A DNA stretch of 38,433 nt, taken from contig CAKOHL010000002.1 in NCBI GenBank assembly GCA_934085635.1, positions 1 through 38,433 of the forward strand. The letters run 5' to 3'. Under the pieces are notes generated by a model that had not been told where the DNA came from, did not search any database, and saw only the letters and a program-made list of their open reading frames with translations. The translations under genes were made by a program, and so were the position numbers. This DNA comes from an uncultured Bacilli bacterium (GTDB lineage Bacteria; Bacillota_I; Bacilli_A; RF39; UBA660). Positions 1 to 7,685 of this stretch are shown here, piece after piece (position 1 is the stretch's first letter; each line of letters starts with the position of its first letter).

Positions 1-2
1 AT

Positions 3-560
3 AATTGGTATGCAAATAATATGACATCATATACAAAATACCTAAGTACAACAGCAGTATATTGTAATGATAGAGAAGTAGGAAGTGGAACATATTCAGC
101 AACAGAATCAGAATTCTACTATGCAGCATATACAAAACTAAAAACAAATAAAACACCAACATATGATTGTACAAATGATAATGATAAATTCACAGTAGAT
201 GCAAGTACTGGTAATGGAAAACTAACATATCCAATAGCCTTAATGACAGCAGATGAAATAGCATATGCAGGAGGAGTATATGATAAATACGCACCAATGT
301 GGTATTATACAAATAGCAAATATAATAGCATAACAGGTACAGAATGGTGGTGGTCTTTGTCGCCTGGCAAATGTGATGGCAACAATACTAACTCGTGGGT
401 TGTGGATGGTTCGGATTTTCCTGGTTATTTGAGTGGCAATTATATCAATAATTCTTATGCTGCCCGTCCAGTTACTTCGCTAAAATCTTGCGTAGTATGG
501 AAAAGTGGAGACGGCTCAGCAAATAATCCTTATGAAATAGAAATGAATGGGGGATGCTAA
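3..560 (+). CDS. Window-truncated 3' part of a secreted protein of unknown function, with a C-terminal 'EWWWSLSP...AARPVTSL' module
   Basis: The frame is open from base 3 (NWYANN precedes the ORF-track Met at 21), so the true start lies upstream of the window. Stop at 558-560. The WWxLSP...ARPV motif resembles a recurrent uncharacterised Firmicute module (possibly DUF6273-like), named from memory only. Confidence 0.5.
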   Translation, partial: NWYANNMTSYTKYLSTTAVYCNDREVGSGTYSATESEFYYAAYTKLKTNKTPTYDCTNDNDKFTVDASTGNGKLTYPIALMTADEIAYAGGVYDKYAPMWYYTNSKYNSITGTEWWWSLSPGKCDGNNTNSWVVDGSDFPGYLSGNYINNSYAARPVTSLKSCVVWKSGDGSANNPYEIEMNGGC

Positions 561-572
561 TCTAAAACAAAC

Positions 573-607
573 AAAAACATTTAGAATTCAAATTTCTAAA
601 TGTTTTT
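573..607. terminator. Bidirectional intrinsic terminator between convergent genes
   Basis: Perfect 14-bp stem AAAAACATTTAGAA (573-586) / TTCTAAATGTTTTT (594-607) with a 7-nt loop. The A/T runs give a U-tract on either strand. It overlaps the permease stop codon. Confidence 0.7.
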
Positions 608-1376
608 CTATTTTATTAATAATACCATAAAGTACAATTGATATAATAAGCAGTATAACTATTCCGCTCATAACTAAGGTCAAATTAAATACCTGAGACC
701 CATAAAGAATTAAATACCCTATACCAGCCTTACTCGTAAGAAACTCGCCCATAATAACACCTATTAAGCAAAGTCCTACACTAATTTTAGAACTATTTAT
801 AATAATCTTATAATTACTAGGCACCACTGCATATCTAAGAATATCCACTTCACTAGCGCCTAAACTCTTCAAAAGTTTAATCCTGTTTTGATTAGTACTC
901 TTAAAGCCTATACTTATAGACTGAATTCCAACAATAACACTAATAAGAACTGCCATTAAAACAATACTCTTTTGATTAGCCCCAACCCAAATAATTATAA
1001 TCGGACCAAGTGCTACCTTAGGTAAACTATTAAAAGCAGTCAAATATGGATCAATTATCTTATCAAAAGTCTTACTCTCATAAATCAGTGTACTAACCAT
1101 TAAACTAATAACGAGCGTTATAAAGAAAGCCAGAAGAGTTTCCTTTAAAGTAACAAATATATGATTTACTAAGTTTCCATTAATAAATAGAGAACTAATA
1201 GACCTAACAATCTTACTGGGAGAACTAGTTATAAAAGAATTAATAATCTCATACTTAGCAAGAAGTTCCCAAACAAGAAGCAAACCAATCAATATAAATA
1301 TCTGAGTAAACCTAATAAAAATCTTATTTCTCTTAATTTTCTTTAAATAATTCTTTTGTTTATCACTTACTTTCAT
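588..1376 (-). CDS. ABC transporter permease, NitT/TauT (nitrate/sulfonate/taurine-type) family
   Basis: 262 aa and polytopic. Carries a BPD-transporter (EAA-loop-like) region, 'KSLGASEVDILRYAVVPS'. Its start overlaps the stop of the ATPase gene by 14 nt. Confidence 0.85.
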   Translation of the reverse strand: MKVSDKQKNYLKKIKRNKIFIRFTQIFILIGLLLVWELLAKYEIINSFITSSPSKIVRSISSLFINGNLVNHIFVTLKETLLAFFITLVISLMVSTLIYESKTFDKIIDPYLTAFNSLPKVALGPIIIIWVGANQKSIVLMAVLISVIVGIQSISIGFKSTNQNRIKLLKSLGASEVDILRYAVVPSNYKIIINSSKISVGLCLIGVIMGEFLTSKAGIGYLILYGSQVFNLTLVMSGIVILLIISIVLYGIINKIEKHLEI

Positions 1377-2112
1377 CTATATCACTCCACAACTTTTCAT
1401 AGTAAAGATTAAACAAAGGACTCTTTCTTTTATCAAGTGGTTCCATATTTTCCACTTCATACTTCATATCATAAATATTCTTTATGTGAGTGGGTCTTTT
1501 GGTCATAACAATTACTCTAGAAGAAATACTAGCAGCCTCTCCAATGTCGTGAGTAACCATGATAGCAGTAATACCTTCTTCCTTCAATATATGATAAACA
1601 TCATTACTAACATTAAGCCTTGTCTGATAATCCAAAGCAGAAAATGGTTCATCAAGAAGTACTAACTTAGGCTTAGTAGCAATTGTCCTAATAAGAGCCA
1701 CCCTTTGCCTCATCCCACCACTCAAACTACTAACTTTCTTATTTTGAAATTCTTCAAGTCCATACTTTTTAAGTAAATATTTAACATAACCTACATTTTC
1801 ACTTGATAATTTCTTTTGAACTTTAAGCCCAAGACAAGCATTATCAAGTACACTAAGCCAAGGAAATAAAGCATCATCTTGAAGCATATAACTAGTAGTA
1901 ATACCACTTCTTAAATTAACAGACCCAGTATAATCCTTATCAAGTCCACCAATTATATTAAGAATAGTACTCTTACCACATCCACTAGTACCTATAATAG
2001 AAATAAACTCATTCTCAAATACATCAAAACTAACATCATGGATTACATCTATTTCTCCATTCAAACTATTATAACTCTTACATAAATGTCTAACTTCTAA
2101 AACATTATTCAT
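1363..2112 (-). CDS. ABC transporter ATP-binding protein (SsuB/TauB-like)
   Basis: Walker A 'GTSGCGKST', signature 'LSGGMRQR', Walker B 'LVLLDEPFSALD' and H-loop 'VTHD'. Overlaps both neighbouring genes. Confidence 0.9.
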   Translation of the reverse strand: MNNVLEVRHLCKSYNSLNGEIDVIHDVSFDVFENEFISIIGTSGCGKSTILNIIGGLDKDYTGSVNLRSGITTSYMLQDDALFPWLSVLDNACLGLKVQKKLSSENVGYVKYLLKKYGLEEFQNKKVSSLSGGMRQRVALIRTIATKPKLVLLDEPFSALDYQTRLNVSNDVYHILKEEGITAIMVTHDIGEAASISSRVIVMTKRPTHIKNIYDMKYEVENMEPLDKRKSPLFNLYYEKLWSDIDESK

Positions 2113-2506
2113 TATAAACTATAGAATTAAAATCTACTCTTTCTTCTAAAACATTATTATATTCCATTAAATCTACCAGATTGTTATAAGCATATTCTTC
2201 TATCTTAGTACTTTCCCACCAAGAGTCAGCACTTTTATATCTATCCACAACTTTAACTAAATCATCAAACTTAGTATCAGCAAATTCACTCTTAATAACC
2301 TCTGCTATTTCTTTAGAACTCTTTTTACTAACAAAATCTAATCCCTTTTGAATAGCATTTCTGAATTTAATAATATCACTCTTATTACTATCTAAATAAC
2401 TCTTCTTTGTATGAAAAACAGTATAAGGTACTTCTCCACTTAAAAGTCCAATACTTGAAAGTACACATCCGTAACCTTCTTTCTCAATTAACAAAGCATT
2501 AGGTTC
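2105..2506 (-). pseudogene. 3' (C-terminal lobe) fragment of the NMT1/THI5-like substrate-binding protein gene of the ABC importer
   Basis: 129 codons with no proper ATG; the ORF track starts it at a TTG that is an internal Leu codon. Its stop overlaps the ATPase start, as in an intact operon. It continues in frame from the 5' fragment at 5679-6276 once the insertion is removed. Confidence 0.85.
2494..2506. repeat. Left copy of the 13-bp direct repeat (att core)
   Basis: AAGCATTAGGTTC, identical to 5679-5691. Confidence 0.9.
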
Positions 2507-2523
2507 TCTTAAAGCAAGAATAA

Positions 2524-2533
2524 GAAGTCACTA
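2524..2533. repeat. Left element-internal inverted repeat (putative recombinase half-site)
   Basis: GAAGTCACTA is the exact reverse complement of 5663-5672. The flanking AAGAA(T/C) also partly matches. Confidence 0.6.
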
Positions 2534-2574
2534 ATATTGATCAAAACAAATTTCCATATAAAAGACTGTTTAAG

Positions 2575-2604
2575 TTGAGAAAAACCCAATTTTTTTGGTA
2601 TAAT
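2575..2604 (+). promoter_or_regulatory. Sigma-A-type promoter for the RhuM gene
   Basis: TTGAGA (2575-2580), an 18-nt spacer, then the extended -10 TGgTATAAT (TATAAT at 2599-2604). Confidence 0.5.
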
Positions 2605-2638
2605 TATATCGACAAGTGCTTAACGAGGAGATGATATA

Positions 2639-3616
2639 TTGAAAAATAATATGCTTATATATGTATCAAAGGATGGCAATGTGAAAGTTGATGTCAATGT
2701 ACAAAATGAAGACATATGGATGAGTCAAGAAGTAATGGCTAATCTCTATGGTACAACTAAAAATAATATTTCAACACATTTAAAAAATATATTTGATGAA
2801 AATGAATTACAAAAAGATTCAGTTGTTAAGAAATTCTTAACAACTGCCAGTGATGGCAAAAATTATAATATTTTGCATTACAATTTAGATGCAATAATTG
2901 CTGTTGGTTACAGAATTAACTCTAAGAAAGCAACTGAATTTAGAATATGGGCAACTAAAGTTTTAAAAGAATATATGATTAAGGGCTTTGCCTTAAATGA
3001 TGAAAGATTAAAAAATAATGGTGAAAATCCATATTTCGAAGAATTACTAGCTAGAATTCGTGACATTAGATCTAGTGAAAAAATATTTTGGAGAAAAGTA
3101 TTAGATATTTATGCTACTAGTATTGATTATAATCCTAAAGACAAATTGTCAATTGACTTTTTTAAAACAGTTCAAAATAAAATGCACTACGCTACGCACG
3201 GAAATACAGCCGCTGAAGTAATATTCAATAGAGTTAATTCAAAAAAAGAAAATATAGGACTAACTAATTTTAAAGGAGAATATCCTACTAAAAATGAAAC
3301 TGAAATAGCTAAAAACTATTTAACGGAAGAAGAATTAAATATATTAAATAGAATAGTATCCGCTTATTTAGACATTGCTGAAATTAATGCTTTAAATAGA
3401 CATCCAATGAAAATGCAAGACTGGATAGATGAATTAGACACCTTTTTAAAAATGACAAGAAAAGACATACTAAAAGGAAGTGGTAAAATATCACATAAAC
3501 AAGCCTTAAAAAAAGCACACGAAGAATATGACAAATATATGCAAACACACTTAACTACTGCTGAAAAGGATTATCTTGATAGTTTAAACAAAAAAATAAG
3601 TGATATCGATATATAA
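2639..3616 (+). CDS. rhuM: RhuM-family virulence-associated protein
   Basis: Colinear match to the RhuM pattern: 'YNLDAIIAVGYRINSKKATEFRIWATKVLKEYMIKGFALNDERLKN', 'IRDIRSSEKIFWRKVLDIYATSIDYNP', 'FFKTVQNKMHYATHGNTAAEVI', 'IAKNYLTEEELNILNRIV'. The start may be TTG 2639 (after GAGGAG) or ATG 2651. Confidence 0.85.
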   Translation: MKNNMLIYVSKDGNVKVDVNVQNEDIWMSQEVMANLYGTTKNNISTHLKNIFDENELQKDSVVKKFLTTASDGKNYNILHYNLDAIIAVGYRINSKKATEFRIWATKVLKEYMIKGFALNDERLKNNGENPYFEELLARIRDIRSSEKIFWRKVLDIYATSIDYNPKDKLSIDFFKTVQNKMHYATHGNTAAEVIFNRVNSKKENIGLTNFKGEYPTKNETEIAKNYLTEEELNILNRIVSAYLDIAEINALNRHPMKMQDWIDELDTFLKMTRKDILKGSGKISHKQALKKAHEEYDKYMQTHLTTAEKDYLDSLNKKISDIDI

Positions 3617-3629
3617 AATTAAATTTAAC

Positions 3630-3660
3630 AGAAACTATATAAAAACTAGTTTCTTTTTTA
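3630..3660 (+). terminator. Intrinsic terminator after the RhuM gene
   Basis: Stem AGAAACTA (3630-3637) / TAGTTTCT (3647-3654) followed by TTTTTT. Confidence 0.6.
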
Positions 3661-3715
3661 TAAAGTATTATTCTATATTATTTCTCATATTTTTAAATAT
3701 GGGGGAGTAATGATT

Positions 3716-3901
3716 ATGAATAACAATTATGTATCAATAAACAAAGCAATAAAAAATAAGAATAAAGAAATGATCTTAGAAGTAGCCTTAACGTTAAACA
3801 AAGAACTATTTAATGAAAATAAAATTTCATACAAAATGTTCAAATATACCGAAAATAATATTTTAAAAGAATTGAAAAGTTGTAATGTAAATAGTACTTA
3901 A
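3716..3901 (+). CDS. Small basic hypothetical protein; candidate recombination directionality factor or regulator
   Basis: 61 codons from ATG 3716, 8 nt after GGGGGAG. ATG 3710 is too close to the RBS. Sits directly upstream of the recombinase gene. No recognisable motif. Confidence 0.4.
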   Translation: MNNNYVSINKAIKNKNKEMILEVALTLNKELFNENKISYKMFKYTENNILKELKSCNVNST

Positions 3902-3935
3902 TGAATTTCTAAAATTATATTATGAGAGGGGAAAA

Positions 3936-5642
3936 ATGGATTTATATAATGTTCGAAAACAATTAAATATGGGAATGCCACTTACAAGTATAAAACTCAG
4001 GGTAACAGATTATGCAAGAGTATCAACAGATCATTTAAAACAAAAGAGATCTCTTCAAAATCAAGTGGAACATTTTGAAAAATATATAAAAGATAATCCA
4101 AACTGGACTTATGTTAATGGTTATGTGGATGATGGAATAACCGGTACAAGTGATATAAAAAGAGATAATTTTATGAAAATGATTGAAGATGCTAGAAATG
4201 GTAAATTTGATTTAATAGTTACCAAAGAAATATCTAGATTTTCAAGAAACACTCTTGATAGTATTAAGTATACTAGAGAACTTTTGTCTTATGGAGTAGC
4301 TGTACTATTCGTAAATGATAATATCAACACAGCTATGCCTGATTCTGAACTCAGACTAACTATAATGGCATCTATGGCTCAAGATGAAATAAGACGCTTA
4401 TCAGAACGTGTTAAATTTGGTATGAATCGTGCGATAGAACGTGGAGAAATACTTGGTAATAACTTACTATATGGTTACAAAAAGGATAAGGATAGTAAAG
4501 TATTAAACATCGTAGAAACAGAGGCAAAAATTGTTAGAAGAATTTATGAACTTTACGCGGTTGAAGAACTCTCACTTTCTAAAATTACTAAAACTTTAAA
4601 TAATGAAGGACTAAAAACTTGTCAAGGTAAAAATTGGTGTATATCTACAATATCTCGAATGATAGAAAATCCTAAATATAAGGGATATTATTGTGCTAAA
4701 AAATCTGAAATACTAGATTATATGACAAAAAAAATAAAATACTTTAAAAAAGATGATTGGATTACCTACGAAGATACAACAAGAATTCCACCTATAATTG
4801 ATGAAAATTTATGGGAAAGAGCTAATACTCGATTATTACAAAGAAAAAAATCGTTTAAAGGGCGAAAAGAAAATAAAAACATTTATAAAAATAGATACAT
4901 ATATAGTGCTAAAATATTTTGTGCTGAGCACAATACGGTTTTCTACAGGAGAGAATTCAGAAAAACCAAAAAAGATATTACTTGGGTATGTTCAGAGTAT
5001 TTAAAAAGTGGTAAAACCATTTGTGATTCACCTAATATAAGAGAGTCAGAACTAGATGCTATTTTTAAAGATATAATTTCTAAATTACAATTAGATTTTA
5101 ATGAAATAATCGATACCCTTATAAACTCTTATAAACATTTAGAAATAGTTACTAGTATAGATGAAGAAATTTTATTACGTGAAAAAGAAATAAATAATAT
5201 TCATATCAAAAAAGATAAATTATTAGAACTTAGTATACAAAATAATTTATCTAATGAAGAATTTTATGAAAGAAATAATTCGTTTAATGAAAAAATTAAA
5301 GTACTTGAAGATGAAATAAGTAAACTAAAAAATCAAAAAATCAATTTCAAAAACGTAGCAGACGAAATTGAAGAATTAACTAAAATATTAAAACAAAAAG
5401 TAAGTTCCAAATCAACTATAAATAAATTAATTAGCTACTTAGTAGAACGTATTATAGTATCCAAAATAGATAATAACAAAAATAATATGGAATTAAAAAT
5501 ATTTTTATCTTATAAAGGAAATGCAGAAACAAATTTGAAACCTATATTAAAAGATAATTATGAATTTAAAAGAGGTTATGACACAAATGGAACTAAAAGG
5601 TATAATGTAAATTATCAAGTGAATTGTTATTTCTGTCTTTAA
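3936..5642 (+). CDS. Large serine recombinase (resolvase/invertase catalytic domain, recombinase domain, zinc ribbon and coiled coil)
   Basis: Contains 'YARVSTDHLKQKRSLQNQ' (catalytic Ser), 'DDGITGT', 'LIVTKEISRFSRNTLD', 'MAQDEIRRLSERVKFG', a Cys cluster CAEH...WVCSEY...CDSP, and a long K/E/N-rich coiled coil. RBS GAGAGGGG. Confidence 0.9.
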   Translation: MDLYNVRKQLNMGMPLTSIKLRVTDYARVSTDHLKQKRSLQNQVEHFEKYIKDNPNWTYVNGYVDDGITGTSDIKRDNFMKMIEDARNGKFDLIVTKEISRFSRNTLDSIKYTRELLSYGVAVLFVNDNINTAMPDSELRLTIMASMAQDEIRRLSERVKFGMNRAIERGEILGNNLLYGYKKDKDSKVLNIVETEAKIVRRIYELYAVEELSLSKITKTLNNEGLKTCQGKNWCISTISRMIENPKYKGYYCAKKSEILDYMTKKIKYFKKDDWITYEDTTRIPPIIDENLWERANTRLLQRKKSFKGRKENKNIYKNRYIYSAKIFCAEHNTVFYRREFRKTKKDITWVCSEYLKSGKTICDSPNIRESELDAIFKDIISKLQLDFNEIIDTLINSYKHLEIVTSIDEEILLREKEINNIHIKKDKLLELSIQNNLSNEEFYERNNSFNEKIKVLEDEISKLKNQKINFKNVADEIEELTKILKQKVSSKSTINKLISYLVERIIVSKIDNNKNNMELKIFLSYKGNAETNLKPILKDNYEFKRGYDTNGTKRYNVNYQVNCYFCL

Positions 5643-5662
5643 AAGACATTTATTTTATCACC

Positions 5663-5672
5663 TAGTGACTTC
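5663..5672. repeat. Right element-internal inverted repeat (putative recombinase half-site)
   Basis: TAGTGACTTC is the reverse complement of 2524-2533. Confidence 0.6.
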
Positions 5673-5678
5673 GTTCTT

Positions 5679-5691
5679 AAGCATTAGGTTC
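5679..5691. repeat. Right copy of the 13-bp direct repeat (att core)
   Basis: AAGCATTAGGTTC, identical to 2494-2506. Confidence 0.9.
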
Positions 5692-6276
5692 AAAAAGATT
5701 AACAAAGTCACCTTGCTTACCAATATAAGCACCACTTAAACTAGCAAAATCAACACTAGTATCAACATTAACATCTTTAATATCTACACCATTTTTATGT
5801 AGTGCATAAAGAAACACCATTGCGGGCATCCCACCTTTTCTCCCAGCAAGCACCTTTTTACCATATAAAGACTTTATATCAAAATTATCTTTTAACTTAC
5901 AATCACCAACAAGAAATTGACCATCTCTCTTAGTTAAACTTGAAAAATTAACTAAATAATCCTTTGCACTATTGTTCTTAACATAAATAGTAGCCTCAAG
6001 TCCGGAAAGACCTATCTCAGTATCACCACTTAAAACACTACTTGCGACCTTATCTGCACCACTAGTTAAAATAACTTCAACATCAAGTCCCTCTTCTTCA
6101 AAATACCCATTATGCAAACTTACATAAAATGGAGCATAAAACACACTATGTGTAACCTCTGCAACTCTAATCTTCTTTAAGTCACTATCTGTATCCTTGA
6201 AACTATAATAAACTCCAACAAACCCCAATATAGCAAACAAAAAAATACCTAATATGTAATAATAAACTTTCTTCAT
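5679..6276 (-). pseudogene. 5' (membrane anchor plus N-terminal lobe) fragment of the NMT1/THI5-like substrate-binding protein gene
   Basis: N-terminal TM anchor, then 'IRVAEVTHSVFYAPFYVSLHNGYFEEEGLDVEV', typical of NitT/TauT-type binding proteins. It ends '...FVNLFEPNA' at a TAA (5677-5679) two of whose three bases come from the inserted DNA. Confidence 0.85.
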
Positions 6277-6403
6277 ATTACCTCACTTTCTGTATTAGTA
6301 TATGGGTAAAATAATTAATGTGTTACATAATAATGTAAAACTAACTATTCAAAATATTGATATTTACAATAAAAATAATATATAATTAATATGGAGGCTG
6401 GTA

Positions 6404-6970
6404 ATGAAATATTTCTGTTATCATTTAGCAAGACCTTTTATAAAGATATTTATGAAAGTATTCTATAGAATTAAAGTAGAAAATGAAAACGTCCTTAAAA
6501 ACGAAGCTTTTCTCCTAGCGGGTAATCACACATCAGTACTAGACCCATTACTAATAATATCATCTACGAAAAAACACATAAACTTCTTTGCAAAAAAAGA
6601 AATATTTAAGCCTATAATAAAATATCTATTTAAAAATGCAGGAGTAATTAGTGTAGACAGAAAAAGCAAAAATAAAGAAGCAATGGAAGAAGGAAAGAAG
6701 AGACTTTTAAATAATGAATTAGTACTAATATTTCCAGAAGGAACAACAAATAAAACTCGTGAGTTATTACCTTTTAAATATGGAGCAGTAAGTTTAGCAA
6801 GCAAAACTAATTCAAAAATATTACCATTTGTAATAAAAGGAAAATATAAATTATTTAGAAAAAGTATTAAACTAATATATTTAAATCCATATTACTTAGA
6901 ATCAGATGACTTAACAAAAGAAAATGAAAAATTAAAAAAAATAATTGAAAAGGAGTTAAACAATGAATAA
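6404..6970 (+). CDS. 1-acyl-sn-glycerol-3-phosphate acyltransferase family protein (PlsC-like), copy 1
   Basis: HX4D motif 'NHTSVLD' and 'FPEGT'; 188 aa. Confidence 0.8.
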   Translation: MKYFCYHLARPFIKIFMKVFYRIKVENENVLKNEAFLLAGNHTSVLDPLLIISSTKKHINFFAKKEIFKPIIKYLFKNAGVISVDRKSKNKEAMEEGKKRLLNNELVLIFPEGTTNKTRELLPFKYGAVSLASKTNSKILPFVIKGKYKLFRKSIKLIYLNPYYLESDDLTKENEKLKKIIEKELNNE

Positions 6971-7532
6971 TTTTTGGTATAAATTTTTAAGACCAATATT
7001 AAGTCCAATATATAAATTTTATTATAATCCAAAAATAGAAGGAAAACAAAACATACCTGAAGAAGGACCTATAATAATCGCAGGTAATCATAAACATATA
7101 ATGGATCAGTGTAATATAATTATATCAACCAAAAGAGTTATTACCTATATGGCTAAAAAAGAATACTTTGATAATCCACTAACTAAAGTATTCTTTAAAA
7201 TGGTAAAATGTATACCTGTTGATAGAAGTAAAAAAGATGAAAATGCAAAATCAAAAGCATTAGATGTTTTAAAAAATGGTGGTGCAATAGGAATATTTCC
7301 AGAAGGAACTAGAAACAAAACAAAAGAAAAACTTCTTGCGTTCAAATATGGTACTGTATCAATGGCAAAAAAAACGAACTCTTTAATAGTACCTTTCGGT
7401 ATAAGCGGAGACTACAAATTTAGAAGTAAAAACCTAAAAATTAAAATAGGAAAACCAATTGATGTATCTAAATTAACTATAGAAGAAGCAAATCAAAAAC
7501 TTTATGATGAAATATCAAATCTAATTGATTAA
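6963..7532 (+). CDS. 1-acyl-sn-glycerol-3-phosphate acyltransferase family protein (PlsC-like), copy 2
   Basis: HX4D 'NHKHIMD' and 'FPEGTRN'. Its start overlaps the stop of copy 1 by 8 nt. Confidence 0.8.
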   Translation: MNNFWYKFLRPILSPIYKFYYNPKIEGKQNIPEEGPIIIAGNHKHIMDQCNIIISTKRVITYMAKKEYFDNPLTKVFFKMVKCIPVDRSKKDENAKSKALDVLKNGGAIGIFPEGTRNKTKEKLLAFKYGTVSMAKKTNSLIVPFGISGDYKFRSKNLKIKIGKPIDVSKLTIEEANQKLYDEISNLID

Positions 7533-7685
7533 ATAAAGAAAGGTAGATTAAAATAAATCTATCACATTTATATATAAAAAAACATGAAGATCCCGATTTA
7601 TTCTTCTTGCAAAAACCTCATACTTTGTTGTACAATGGATATACAAGGTAGAAAACCTAATACGCTAGTTCAGGAGGTAATCAAA

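Larger units (their letters stand above)
2494..5691. mobile_element. Integrated serine-recombinase mini-element: RhuM gene, small ORF and large serine recombinase, bounded by 13-bp direct repeats
   Basis: AAGCATTAGGTTC occurs at 2494-2506 and 5679-5691. The element splits a recognisable gene. The recombinase gene ends 37 nt from the right repeat. Inverted repeats GAAGTCACTA (2524-2533) / TAGTGACTTC (5663-5672) lie inside both ends. Confidence 0.85.

Noticed and set aside
4798-5004. A 68-aa plus-strand ORF in an alternative frame inside the serine recombinase gene.
   Set aside because: It overlaps the zinc-ribbon region of a clearly intact recombinase, has no RBS and is lysine-rich low-complexity. 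It is a frame artefact of AT-rich DNA.
6277-6403. Looked for a TPP (THI-box) or other riboswitch upstream of the NMT1/THI5-like binding-protein gene.
   Set aside because: The divergent intergenic region is only ~125 nt of AT-rich DNA. It has none of the conserved CUGAGA / ACCUGA / GGG elements and no stable multi-stem structure.
7584-7685. ORF-track N-terminal extensions of the MBOAT gene (7584) and also of the DHHW gene (9040), the esterase (25649), the ZIP transporter (26443), the small coat protein (31355) and the ABC ATPase (35067).
   Set aside because: In each case an internal start is preceded by a good Shine-Dalgarno sequence at correct spacing. The family N-terminus begins at that internal start, and the upstream extension overlaps the previous gene or lacks an RBS.
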